From positions 1,803-65,802 of the forward strand of contig CALXFD010000005.1 in NCBI GenBank assembly GCA_944387495.1: a DNA stretch of 64,000 nt, read 5' to 3'. The position numbers were made by a program, and so were the translations under genes. Positions 20,364 through 30,095 of the stretch are shown piece by piece (the first letter of the stretch is position 1; each line of letters opens with the position of its first letter). The stretch comes from an uncultured Clostridia bacterium (GTDB lineage: Bacteria > Bacillota > Clostridia > TANB77 > CAG-508). The notes beneath the pieces were generated by a model. It did not search any database. It was not told where the DNA came from and was given only the letters and a program-made list of their open reading frames with translations.

Positions 20364-21416
20364 TTACATTTTATCCACTATTATTCCACCACCAAGCAAT
20401 ACTCCTGTATCATCATAAAAAACTACTGATTGTCCCTTAGTGATTGCTCTTTGTGGTTCTTCAAAATAAACTTCTACATTATTTTCATCAATTATTTTCA
20501 CTTGTGCTTTTGCTTCTTTTGCCCTATATCTAATTTTAGCAAATACTTCTAATTCGTTTCCTTTTACATCTATAAGCCAATTTATATTATTTGCTTTTAA
20601 GCCTGAATTATATAGAGCCTTTTCTTCCCCTACTATTACTTCATTTTTACTTTTATCAATATCTATAACATATAAAGGCTCTTTATATGAAACTCCTAAA
20701 CCTTTTCTTTGTCCTATTGTATAATTTATAATTCCTTGATGTTTTCCTAATATTTCTCCACTTTTTAATACTATATTTCCTTTTTTACTACTTACACTTC
20801 CTTGTTTTAATAAAAAGTTTTTATAATCATTATCTTTTATAAAACATATTTCTTGGCTATCTTTTTTCTTTGCTACTTCTAAACCTGCTTCTTGTGCTAA
20901 ATTTCTTGTATCATCTTTGCTTTCATTATTTTGCAGAGGAAATATTACTTTTTCTATAACATCTTTTGGAATTGAATATAAAAAGTAGGTTTGGTCTTTC
21001 TTTTCCTCGTTTGATTTTCTTATTACTTTTTGCCCATATTTTTCTGAATATTCTGTTTTAGCATAATGACCTGTTGCTATATATTCACAACCTAATTCTT
21101 TTGCTTTTTGTGCAAATAATCCAAACTTAATATTTTTATTACATACAACACATGGATTAGGTGTTCTAGCATTTTTATATTCTTCTATAAAATTTTGTAT
21201 TACATAACACTTAAATTCTTCTCTACAATCTATAACATGATGTTCAATTCCTAACTTTTCACACACTTTTTTTGCATCAATTATTGCTTCTTTATTTTCT
21301 TCTTCTAATAAATTCATTGTACATCCTATTACATTATATCCCATCTGTTGTAGTAAAATAGCAGAGGCTGAACTATCTACTCCTCCGCTCATTCCTAATA
21401 GTACTTTTTTATCCAT
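20364..21416 (-). CDS. mnmA: tRNA 2-thiouridine(34) synthase
   Basis: PP-loop LGMSGGVDSS; 350 aa with typical MnmA layout. Confidence 0.9.
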   Translation of the reverse strand: MDKKVLLGMSGGVDSSASAILLQQMGYNVIGCTMNLLEEENKEAIIDAKKVCEKLGIEHHVIDCREEFKCYVIQNFIEEYKNARTPNPCVVCNKNIKFGLFAQKAKELGCEYIATGHYAKTEYSEKYGQKVIRKSNEEKKDQTYFLYSIPKDVIEKVIFPLQNNESKDDTRNLAQEAGLEVAKKKDSQEICFIKDNDYKNFLLKQGSVSSKKGNIVLKSGEILGKHQGIINYTIGQRKGLGVSYKEPLYVIDIDKSKNEVIVGEEKALYNSGLKANNINWLIDVKGNELEVFAKIRYRAKEAKAQVKIIDENNVEVYFEEPQRAITKGQSVVFYDDTGVLLGGGIIVDKM

Positions 21417-21499
21417 ATATTCTCCTTTTTATATTAATGCTCATATTAATATATCATAGTTCTAATTCTTATATATTTTAATCACCTTATTTAAAATAA

Positions 21500-23242
21500 T
21501 TATAAATCTAATTTGATATGTACATCTTTTAATTGTTGTTCAGATACTGCTGATGGTGCTCTCATTAATACATCTCTTGCTCTTTTATTTTTTGGAAATG
21601 CTATTATTTCTCTTATATTTTGAGAATTTGCTATTAACATCACCATTCTATCAACACCTGGTGCAGCTCCTGCATGTGGTGGTGTTCCATATTGGAATGC
21701 ATTATATAATGCACCAAATCTATTTTTAACTTCTTCTTCACCATATCCTGCTATTTCAAATGCTTTTACCATTATCTCTGGACTATGATTTCTTACAGCT
21801 CCTGATGCCATTTCATATCCATTACATACTAGGTCAAATTGATATGCTAATATTTCTAATGGATTTTGTTCTTCTAATGCTTTTAATCCACCTTGTGGCA
21901 TTGAGAATGGATTATGGTTAAAGTCTATTTTTCCTTCATCAGATAATTCATACATTGGAAAATCTACTATAAAGCAAAATCTAAATACATCTTTTTCTAG
22001 TAAATCTAATCTTTTTCCTAATTCTATTCTAACTAGTCCTGCTATTTTTTGTGCTTTATTGAATTCATCTGCTATAAAGAATATACAAGAATTTTTTTCT
22101 AAACCATATTCTTTTTGCAATTTTTCTTTAATTTCATCTGTTATGAATTTTGCAATTCCACCTTGTATATTTCCTTCATTATCAAATTTAGTCCATGCTA
22201 ATCCTTTTGCTCCAACTTCTTCTGATGTTGCAAATTCTCCCATTTTGTCAAAGAATTTTCTTCCTTGTTCTGCGCCATTTGGAACTATTATTGCTTTTAT
22301 TGTTTTGTCTTTAAATGCATTAAAATCTGAATTTTCAAATAATTTAGTTACATCTTGTATTATTAATGGATTTCTTAAATCTGGTTTATCAATACCGTAT
22401 TTTTCCATTGCTTCTCTATATGGAATACGTATAAAAGAACCTTTATCTACTTTCCAATTTGAGAATTTTTCAAATGTATATGGTATTACTTGTTCTATTA
22501 CATTAAATACATCTTCTTGTGTTGCAAAGCTCATTTCAAAGTCTAGTTGATAAAATTCACCTGGTGCTCTATCTGCTCTCGGGTCTTCATCTCTAAAACA
22601 TGGTGCTATTTGATAATATTTATTAAATCCACCTATCATTAATAATTGTTTAAATTGTTGTGGTGCTTGTGGTAAAGCATAAAATTCACCTGGGTTTAAT
22701 CTACTAGGAACTAAGTAATCTCTTGCTCCTTCTGGTGATGAGTTTGCAAGTATTGGTGTTTGTATTTCTGTAAAATTTAGTTCATCCATTTTATCTCTTA
22801 ATGTTTTTAAGATTTTTGAACGCAATAAAATATTGTTATGCAATTTTTCATTTCTTAAATCTAAAAATCTATATTCTAATCTTAAATCTTCTCTTACTTC
22901 TTGGTCTGTATTTATTTCAAATGGTAAAACATTTTTACATTTTCCTAGTATTTCTATACTTTCTGCAACAATTTCTATTTCTCCTGTTTTCATATTTTTG
23001 TTTTTGTTGCTTCTTTCTACTACTTTTCCTTTTACACTAATACATGTCTCTGTTGTTATCTCTTTTGCCTCTTTTTGTAATTTTTCATCATTTACTACTA
23101 TTTGTGTAATTCCAAATTCATCTCTTAAATCTAGAAATAGCATTCCTCCTAAGTTTCTTATTTTTTGTACCCATCCTGCTAGTTCTACTATTTCAGATGC
23201 ATTTTTTATATTCAATTCTCCACATGTTTTTGTTCTGTACAT
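21500..23242 (-). CDS. aspS: Aspartate--tRNA ligase
   Basis: 580 aa; class II motifs FRDEDPRADR and GVDRMVML; N-terminal OB anticodon-binding domain. Confidence 0.95.
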   Translation of the reverse strand: MYRTKTCGELNIKNASEIVELAGWVQKIRNLGGMLFLDLRDEFGITQIVVNDEKLQKEAKEITTETCISVKGKVVERSNKNKNMKTGEIEIVAESIEILGKCKNVLPFEINTDQEVREDLRLEYRFLDLRNEKLHNNILLRSKILKTLRDKMDELNFTEIQTPILANSSPEGARDYLVPSRLNPGEFYALPQAPQQFKQLLMIGGFNKYYQIAPCFRDEDPRADRAPGEFYQLDFEMSFATQEDVFNVIEQVIPYTFEKFSNWKVDKGSFIRIPYREAMEKYGIDKPDLRNPLIIQDVTKLFENSDFNAFKDKTIKAIIVPNGAEQGRKFFDKMGEFATSEEVGAKGLAWTKFDNEGNIQGGIAKFITDEIKEKLQKEYGLEKNSCIFFIADEFNKAQKIAGLVRIELGKRLDLLEKDVFRFCFIVDFPMYELSDEGKIDFNHNPFSMPQGGLKALEEQNPLEILAYQFDLVCNGYEMASGAVRNHSPEIMVKAFEIAGYGEEEVKNRFGALYNAFQYGTPPHAGAAPGVDRMVMLIANSQNIREIIAFPKNKRARDVLMRAPSAVSEQQLKDVHIKLDL

Positions 23243-23409
23243 TACTATTCCCCCATATAATTAATATGTTATATATTATCACATTTTAATGATTTTTTCA
23301 ATCATTGTTAGATATTTTCCATTCTTCTATACAATTTTAAATATCATTTTTAATAACTTGTTTATAAAATTATTATTTATATTTTTCATTAAATTGTTTT
23401 TAATTAGTG

Positions 23410-23438
23410 TTGCGATTTTTTTTCTTTAATGGTATTAT
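23410..23438 (+). promoter_or_regulatory. Sigma-A-type promoter with extended -10
   Basis: TTGCGA (23410-23415), 17-bp spacer, TGgTATTAT (-10 at 23433-23438). Confidence 0.5.
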
Positions 23439-23459
23439 ATCTTTAAGGAGGTTCTTTTT

Positions 23460-24407
23460 ATGGCTCAACCAGAATTTGATTTTTATGATAAAACAAGTTT
23501 AAAATCATATAACTTAGATAAACAAATGCGTTATCAATTAGATATGCTTGATACTCTTGACGTTTTTACAAGACGTCATTCAGAAAATGTTGCAAACTTA
23601 GTATGTAGAATTTGTGAATATCTACATTGTAATAAAGGTTTTATTGAATATTGCACAATTTGTGCTTATTTGCATGATATTGGTAAACTTTTTATACCAC
23701 CTGCTATTTTGCAAAAACCTTCTAAATTAACTGATGAAGAGTTTGAAGTAATGAAAACACATACTACTCTTGGTTATAATATGTGTATGAAAGATTTAAA
23801 ATTAAGACCATATGCAGCAGGTCCTTTATATCATCATGAAGCTTTAAATGGTTCAGGATATCCACAAGGTTTAACAAAAAAAGATATTCCATATGAAGGT
23901 CAAATTATTCGTGTTGCTGATGAATATGATGCTATTGTTAGTAAAAGGCAATATAAGTCACATGTTGGTATATCAGATACTTTAAAAATAATAATTGATA
24001 ATACAAAACCATCTACATCTCCTGAATACTCAGATGCTTTAAATCATATGGCAGAAAATGTTAGACTTGGAAAAGATAATCCTATAATTGTTAGAGCTTT
24101 GTTTAAAGTTGTTATTGATGATATTGAATATGAAATTTATTGTACACAAGGTTATGTTGAAAAATTGGAAAGTGATATAAAAAGAATTAAACAAATGTTA
24201 AAATATAAGTCTAAAATGGAAATGGCTAAAAAGGAAAAAGACAAGAATTATTATTTTGAAGGAATAAAAATGCTTTTACAGGATGGAGAGAATATAGACA
24301 ATCTTGAAATTTTATATAAAGAATATACAGAAGCTCATTCTACTAGAAAAGCTATTATTGATAATTTGTACCATGAAATTAAAGTTATAAAAAAATTAAG
24401 AGTATAA
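23460..24407 (+). CDS. HD-GYP domain protein (putative cyclic-di-GMP phosphodiesterase)
   Basis: YLHDIGK and HHEALNGSGYPQG motifs; SD AAGGAGG upstream. Confidence 0.85.
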   Translation: MAQPEFDFYDKTSLKSYNLDKQMRYQLDMLDTLDVFTRRHSENVANLVCRICEYLHCNKGFIEYCTICAYLHDIGKLFIPPAILQKPSKLTDEEFEVMKTHTTLGYNMCMKDLKLRPYAAGPLYHHEALNGSGYPQGLTKKDIPYEGQIIRVADEYDAIVSKRQYKSHVGISDTLKIIIDNTKPSTSPEYSDALNHMAENVRLGKDNPIIVRALFKVVIDDIEYEIYCTQGYVEKLESDIKRIKQMLKYKSKMEMAKKEKDKNYYFEGIKMLLQDGENIDNLEILYKEYTEAHSTRKAIIDNLYHEIKVIKKLRV

Positions 24408-24480
24408 TTTATTTTCCTTTTTATTAATTAGTTTTTTATAGATTCTAAATTTATATTATCAAAACTTTAACTGAAAACCA

Positions 24481-24528
24481 AAACTAGCTAAAACCTAATT
24501 TTTTAAGTTTTAGCTAGTTTTTATTTTT
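24481..24528. terminator. Bidirectional terminator hairpin (perfect 14-bp stem)
   Basis: AAACTAGCTAAAAC (24481-24494) pairs with GTTTTAGCTAGTTT (24507-24520), followed by a T-run. Confidence 0.65.
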
Positions 24529-24590
24529 TAGTCTAAAATAGCAATCTTTATTACTTAACTATATTTATAGTCTACTAATATTTATATGTT

Positions 24591-24941
24591 TTATTCTTCT
24601 AGTCCAAAGCTCACTCCAAGAGCATTGTTTACTTGATTTATTATTTTTTCATCATCAATATGACCTATTCTTTCTTTTAATCTGCTTTTATCTATTGTTC
24701 TTATTTGTTCAGCTAATACAACTGAATTATTTTTTAATCCACATGTTTCTGAATCTATCTCTATATGTGTTGGTAATTTTGTTTTTCCTGTTTGAGATGT
24801 TATTGCTGCTGCTATTACTGTTGGGCTATATTTATTCCCTAAATCATTTTGAATTATTAAAACTGGTCTTATTCCCCCTTGCTCTGAACCAACTACTGGA
24901 CTTAAATCTGCATAAAACATATCTCCTCTTCTTATTACCAT
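24591..24941 (-). CDS. mazF: MazF/PemK (EndoA) family type II toxin endoribonuclease
   Basis: [33 protein letters not shown]...PTVI. The ATG at 24941 is preceded by AGGAGTG; the ORF track uses a GTG at 24950. Confidence 0.85.
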   Translation of the reverse strand: MVIRRGDMFYADLSPVVGSEQGGIRPVLIIQNDLGNKYSPTVIAAAITSQTGKTKLPTHIEIDSETCGLKNNSVVLAEQIRTIDKSRLKERIGHIDDEKIINQVNNALGVSFGLEE

Positions 24942-25017
24942 TTTCTTCACTCCTAATATTATTAGATTATCAAGTATATTACTTATTTTAAATATTAGTT
25001 CAGGTAAGGTTAATGTT

Positions 25018-25638
25018 TTATATATTTAGCTCTACCTTATTATATAATATGTAGACTACTTCCTGTTTGTTATTATCTTTTATTTCTAGTTTAGTTGGTT
25101 TTCCTGTTTTTATATCTATATATAGCTCTTTATATTTTTGATATTTTGAGCCTTTATTATTTTCTGTTTTCATAATTAATTCATTATTTTTTTCTTCACA
25201 TTTTGCTCTTGGATTTTCTTTATATTCTTCTATAAAATTAACCAAATCTAGATAATTTCCTATTACTTCTTTATATCCGCCAAAAATTTTTGTAAGTCCT
25301 ATTCTTGTATTTTCTATTTTCATTCCTTCCTTATCTTTTATTACTTTTAACCCTTTTATATTTTCTGGTTCTATTATTTCTTGTTCTAATATAGCTGGTT
25401 TTATGTATTTTTGTTTTATTATATATTTATTACTATTTTTATTACTTTTTACTTCGACTTCTATTTGGGTTTCGTATGAACTAATATTTAGAATATTATT
25501 TATTATTTCTTGACTACTTTTAGTATTTCCAATTTTAAAATTTTTAGCCGTTTTATTGTTAAAAATTATTAAAAAAATGCTCAAAAAAATTATGATAGGT
25601 AATATTATTATTAAAATTTTTTTAAATTTTTTATTCAA
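25018..25638 (-). CDS. Membrane-anchored hypothetical protein, possibly a YdcC/LolA-like sporulation protein
   Basis: N-terminal TM/signal anchor. The functional guess rests on its position upstream of mazF, as for ydcC in Bacillus subtilis, and on a beta-rich repetitive pattern. The assignment is weak. Confidence 0.4.
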   Translation of the reverse strand: MNKKFKKILIIILPIIIFLSIFLIIFNNKTAKNFKIGNTKSSQEIINNILNISSYETQIEVEVKSNKNSNKYIIKQKYIKPAILEQEIIEPENIKGLKVIKDKEGMKIENTRIGLTKIFGGYKEVIGNYLDLVNFIEEYKENPRAKCEEKNNELIMKTENNKGSKYQKYKELYIDIKTGKPTKLEIKDNNKQEVVYILYNKVELNI

Positions 25639-25681
25639 AAAAAGCCTCCTTTATATGTTTTACTTCTTGTAAAATCATATT

Positions 25682-26660
25682 CTAGAGACTTTTAAAATAT
25701 TCATTTATATTTTCTAGTAATTCTTCCTTACTTTCTATTTGGTTAATTTTTGCTCTAAATTCACTAGAATTCTTCATGTTTTTTGTATACCATGCTATAT
25801 GTTTTCTTAATTCTTTTATTGCAATCTCGCCTTTTTCTTCTACTGCTAATTCTATATGTTTTTTTATTACTTCTAATTTTTGAGCATTTGATGGCTTATC
25901 TTTTTTATTTCCAGTTTCTAGATAATGTCTAATTTGAGCAAATATCCATGGATTTCCAAAACTTCCTCTTCCTATCATAATTCCATCTACATTAGTATAT
26001 TCAAACATTTTTTGTGCTGACTCTTCATCAATTATATCGCCATTTCCTATTACTGGTATATTTACATTTTCTTTTACTTTTTTTATTATATCTAAATCAG
26101 CATGACCTGAATAAAATTCTGTCCTTGTTCTACCATGTACTGTAATGGCTGAAATGCCAACTTCTTCTGCAATTTTAGCAATTTCTACTGCAACTATATT
26201 TTCTTTATCCCATCCTTTTCTAATTTTTAAAGTAACTGGAACTGTTGAATTTTCCACAACTGCTTGCATTATTGCCTTTGCTTTTGGCAAATCTGTTAAG
26301 AGCTTACTTCCATCACCATTTTTTACTACCTTTGGTGCTGGACATCCCATATTTATATCTATTATATCAGCTATCTTGCTAATATATTTTGCACTATATG
26401 CCATTGTTTCTATATCACTGCCAAAAATTTGCATACTAATAGAACTTTTTTCTCCGTGTTGTATCTAATAATCTTTTTGTTTTTTGGTCATTGTGAAACA
26501 TTGCTTTTGAACTTGCCATTTCTGTACATACTAGTCCAGGGTTTCCTATTTCTTTGCATATAATTCTAAATGGTCTGTTTGTTACTCCTGCCATTGGTGC
26601 TAATATTAAGTTATTTTCTAGTTCAATATTTCCTATTTTTAATTTTTTTATGTATTCCAT
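25682..26660 (-). pseudogene. dusB: tRNA-dihydrouridine synthase (DusB-like) interrupted by a frameshift
   Basis: ORFs 26436..26660 (N-terminal 74 aa, LAPMAGVTNRPFR) and 25682..26434 (MQIFGSD...MGCP...) are consecutive parts of one Dus protein in different frames. Shifting one base near the T6 run at 26446-26451 restores ...LLDTT.GEKSSISMQIFGSD. Confidence 0.8.
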
Positions 26661-26670
26661 ATCTATTTCC

Positions 26671-27777
26671 TTATTTTACAAATATTGTTTTTTGTCTTTT
26701 ACCACTTATATTTAGCAATATTCCTATAAACATGAAATTTGTAATAAGTGAACTTCCACCATAGCTTACAAATGGAAGTGGTACACCTGTTATAGGTAAT
26801 AATCCCATTACCATTCCTATATTTTCAACTACATGGAATAAAAATACTCCTGTAATTCCTATTGCTATTAAAGAACCTGCTTTATCTTTGGCTGTTTTAG
26901 CAATATATATGCATTTGGTTATTAGATATACAAATAGTAGTATTATTCCTCCTGCAACTATAAATCCCATTTCTTCCCCTATAACAGAATAAATAAAGTC
27001 TGTTGTTTTTGGATATAAAAATCCTAGTTGAGTTTGGTTTCCTTTTAATAGTCCCATTCCAGTTAAACCACCAGCACCTATTGCTAATTTTGATTGTATT
27101 ATATTATATCCTGAACCTCTTGGGTCTGATTCTGGATGTAAAAATACATCTATTCTGTTTTTCGCATGTTCTGGTAATACAAAATTATATAATAATGGTA
27201 CTGCAATTACTATTGTTAATATAGTTACTATTATGTATCTTTTATCAATTCCTGCTGAAAATAGCATTAATGCTACTGCTACTATATATGCTAATGCAGT
27301 TCCATAGTCTGGTTGCTTTATAATTAATAAAATTGGTACTGCAATTGTTGCAAATAATATTAATAATCTTGTTGGTCTATTTATTTCTTCTTGCCCTTTA
27401 CGCTGTATTTTTAAAATGGCATATGTAAAAAATAATATTACAGATATTTTTGCAAATTCTCCTGGTTGAAATGAAAATGCACCTATATTAAACCAACTTG
27501 ATGCTCCATTTATTGGTGTTGTAAATAATACTGCAATTAATAATATTATTGAAATACCATATAATACTGGTGATGCTTTTAGTAATAAATTATAATCTAT
27601 AAACATCATTACAACCATTGCAATTAAACTAACTACAAACCATATTATTTGTTTTGTAAATTCTTCATATTCAGTTTCCTGGGTTGCAGAAAATAGTGCA
27701 ACTATTCCTATAGTACATAGAATAATTGCAACTACTAATATCCCCCACTCCATATTTTTTAATTCTCTTTTTCTCAT
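26671..27777 (-). CDS. rodA: SEDS-family peptidoglycan glycosyltransferase (RodA/FtsW/SpoVE family), probably RodA
   Basis: 368 aa, about 10 TM helices, QPGEFAK and PLPFVSYGGSS motifs; located immediately downstream of minDE. Confidence 0.85.
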   Translation of the reverse strand: MRKRELKNMEWGILVVAIILCTIGIVALFSATQETEYEEFTKQIIWFVVSLIAMVVMMFIDYNLLLKASPVLYGISIILLIAVLFTTPINGASSWFNIGAFSFQPGEFAKISVILFFTYAILKIQRKGQEEINRPTRLLILFATIAVPILLIIKQPDYGTALAYIVAVALMLFSAGIDKRYIIVTILTIVIAVPLLYNFVLPEHAKNRIDVFLHPESDPRGSGYNIIQSKLAIGAGGLTGMGLLKGNQTQLGFLYPKTTDFIYSVIGEEMGFIVAGGIILLFVYLITKCIYIAKTAKDKAGSLIAIGITGVFLFHVVENIGMVMGLLPITGVPLPFVSYGGSSLITNFMFIGILLNISGKRQKTIFVK

Positions 27778-27829
27778 TAAATCACTCTTTTTCCTTATAT
27801 TTTTTTGATTTAATTTTTTCTTTTTGTTT

Positions 27830-28480
27830 TTACTTTTTATTTGACTTTTTATTTTTCTTTTTATTGTTTTTGTTATAATTATTATTTGTAGTAGATTTTT
27901 CGTTATCTTTTTCGTTATTTTCTTGACTATCCTCTTTTATTTGAACTTTTTGAGTTAAATCTTCTTTCTCTTCTTCTATTTTTTCAACTTTTTCTTCTTG
28001 TTCTTCATTTTCTTTTAACTCTTTATTTTCTTCATTTTGAACTTGCTCTTTTTCTTTATTTGTCTCTACTTCTTTTTCGTTTTCTTCTTCTACTTTATCT
28101 TTTTTATCATTTTCTTCTTTTTTGATTTCGTCTTTTACTTCTTTTTCATTTTCTTCTTGCTTATTCTTTTCCAATTTTCTAGCTTCATTTTTTATATTAA
28201 TTATTGGAATATTTGCATACAAAGCTGGAGCTCCATTTGTTCCATCTTCATTCTCTTTATTAGTTAATCTAACATCAATTGCACTTTCATCTACTTCTAT
28301 ATATTTTTTTATAACTTCTATTATTTCTTGTTTCATTAATTCTAGGAAATCTGCTGATACATTTGCTCTATCTTGCATAAGCACTAAATGCAATCTTTCT
28401 TTTGCAGCTTCTTTTGAATTTGGTGTTTTTTCTTCTTTATTTCCTACTTTCTTAAAGAATTTTATTATGCTTTCAAACAT
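27830..28480 (-). CDS. minE: Cell division topological specificity factor MinE with a long E/K-rich C-terminal extension
   Basis: The first 95 or so residues (MFESIIKFF...AKERLHLVLMQDRANVS...YANIPIINIK) are MinE-like, followed by about 120 aa of low-complexity E/K/N tail. ATG at 28480 after GGAGGT. Confidence 0.85.
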   Translation of the reverse strand: MFESIIKFFKKVGNKEEKTPNSKEAAKERLHLVLMQDRANVSADFLELMKQEIIEVIKKYIEVDESAIDVRLTNKENEDGTNGAPALYANIPIINIKNEARKLEKNKQEENEKEVKDEIKKEENDKKDKVEEENEKEVETNKEKEQVQNEENKELKENEEQEEKVEKIEEEKEDLTQKVQIKEDSQENNEKDNEKSTTNNNYNKNNKKKNKKSNKK

Positions 28481-28520
28481 TATTGTACTTACCTCCAACT
28501 TTTGTTATTACAATATTTCA

Positions 28521-29315
28521 CTAGGATTTTCTAAATAATCTTTTTAATTTGGCAAAAAATCCTTTTTCTCTACCTGGTATTGTTACTTCTATTTTTTCTC
28601 CTAAAACTCTTTTTGCAATTTCTATATATGCTTTTCCAGATGGTGCTCTTTTATTTTGTATTACAGGTTCACCTTTATTTGTTTGTGTTATGATATATTC
28701 ATCATCTGGTACAACACCTATTAAGTCTATTGATAATAAGTCTACTATATCATCTACATCCATCATTTCGCCTTTTCTTACCATATTTGGTCTAATTCTG
28801 TTTATAACCAATTCTGGATTTTTTATTTCTGATGATTCTAAAAGTCCTATTATTCTATCTGCATCTCTTATTGCTGATATTTCTGCTGTTGTAACTACTA
28901 TTGCTCTATCTGCACCAGCTATTGCATTTTTAAAACCTTGTTCAATACCTGCTGGGCAATCTATTAATATGTAGTCAAATTCTTCTTTTAATTTGCCTAC
29001 TAAGTTTCTCATTTGTTCTTCATTTACTGCGCTTTTATCTCTTGTTTGGGCTGCTGGTAATAGGTACAATTCTTTAAATCTTTTATCTTTTATTAAAGCT
29101 TGTCTTAATTTACATTTTTCTTCTACAACATCTACTATGTCATATACTATCCTATTTTCAAGTCCCATTACAACATCTAAGTTTCTTAATCCAATGTCTG
29201 TATCTATTAAAACTACTTTTTTTCCTTCTAATGCTAAACTTGAACCTAAATTTGCTGTTGTAGTTGTTTTACCTACTCCACCCTTTCCTGATGTTATTAC
29301 TATTACTTCTCCCAT
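28521..29315 (-). CDS. minD: Septum site-determining ATPase MinD
   Basis: Deviant Walker A SGKGGVGKTTTTANLG; 264 aa; C-terminal amphipathic helix KGFFAKLKRLF. Confidence 0.95.
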   Translation of the reverse strand: MGEVIVITSGKGGVGKTTTTANLGSSLALEGKKVVLIDTDIGLRNLDVVMGLENRIVYDIVDVVEEKCKLRQALIKDKRFKELYLLPAAQTRDKSAVNEEQMRNLVGKLKEEFDYILIDCPAGIEQGFKNAIAGADRAIVVTTAEISAIRDADRIIGLLESSEIKNPELVINRIRPNMVRKGEMMDVDDIVDLLSIDLIGVVPDDEYIITQTNKGEPVIQNKRAPSGKAYIEIAKRVLGEKIEVTIPGREKGFFAKLKRLFRKS

Positions 29316-29361
29316 AATTCTCCTCCTTAGGATTTAAAAACACATATTTTTTAACGCTTAT

Positions 29362-29390
29362 ATGATATAACGAAATTGGCAAAAAGTCAA
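29362..29390 (-). promoter_or_regulatory. Sigma-A-type promoter upstream of minD
   Basis: On the minus strand: TTGACT (29385-29390), 17-bp spacer, TATCAT (29362-29367). Confidence 0.45.
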
Positions 29391-29434
29391 TGATATTTAC
29401 ATAAAAAACTTGGATTTGTGGAGAATCCAAGTTT

Positions 29435-30085
29435 TTATTTTTGTTCTTCTATAATTTGCATTATTTTCTGCCTGTTTTTATAAATTTGAGTTTCTCTTAT
29501 ATGTATTGCAAATAATACGACAATTATTAAGAAAATAGCTATATTTTTTATGTATAAAATTAAAATACTTGCTGAAATAGTTAATAAAATAAGTGTTATA
29601 AATGAAATTTTGTTAGAATATTTTTCTGCTTTATTTTTTCCTAATATTATATGTAATAATCCTTTTAAAACTCTTCCACCATCTAGTGGAAATATTGGTA
29701 ACATATTAATTAATATTAAAAGTAAATTTGAATATATTATCATATTTTTCTGATAGTCATTAAGATGTATGAAATTGGCTATTAATATTATTAATAAATT
29801 AGTTATTGGCCCTGCAAGTGCAACTATTATTTTTTTAACTTCTAACATATTTGCTTTTTTAATTTTTTTATTATATTCATCAATTGATATTTTAAAGCTA
29901 ACTGATAATCCAAATAGTTTTAACTCTATTTTTTCTGGTTTCATTCCTAATGTGAGTCCTGTAAGTAAATGCCCTAATTCATGTATAATTGCAAAAAACA
30001 TTATTATTGCATAAAATTCTATTTGTTTTGTTATATAAAATAATATTAATAACAAAAATATTTTTAAATCTATTCTAAATACCAT
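29435..30085 (-). CDS. spoIVFB: M50 site-2 protease, SpoIVFB-like (short form, no CBS domain)
   Basis: HELGH zinc motif (IIHELGHLL) and the FPLDGGRVL motif; 216 aa, polytopic. Confidence 0.75.
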   Translation of the reverse strand: MVFRIDLKIFLLLILFYITKQIEFYAIIMFFAIIHELGHLLTGLTLGMKPEKIELKLFGLSVSFKISIDEYNKKIKKANMLEVKKIIVALAGPITNLLIILIANFIHLNDYQKNMIIYSNLLLILINMLPIFPLDGGRVLKGLLHIILGKNKAEKYSNKISFITLILLTISASILILYIKNIAIFLIIVVLFAIHIRETQIYKNRQKIMQIIEEQK

Positions 30086-30095
30086 TTTTTCTCCT

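Noticed and set aside
23243-23459. A possible T-box leader upstream of aspS.
   Set aside because: The region is uniformly AT-rich, with no specifier or T-box (AAUUAGGGUGGUACCGCG-like) sequence and no terminator/antiterminator pair that I could see.
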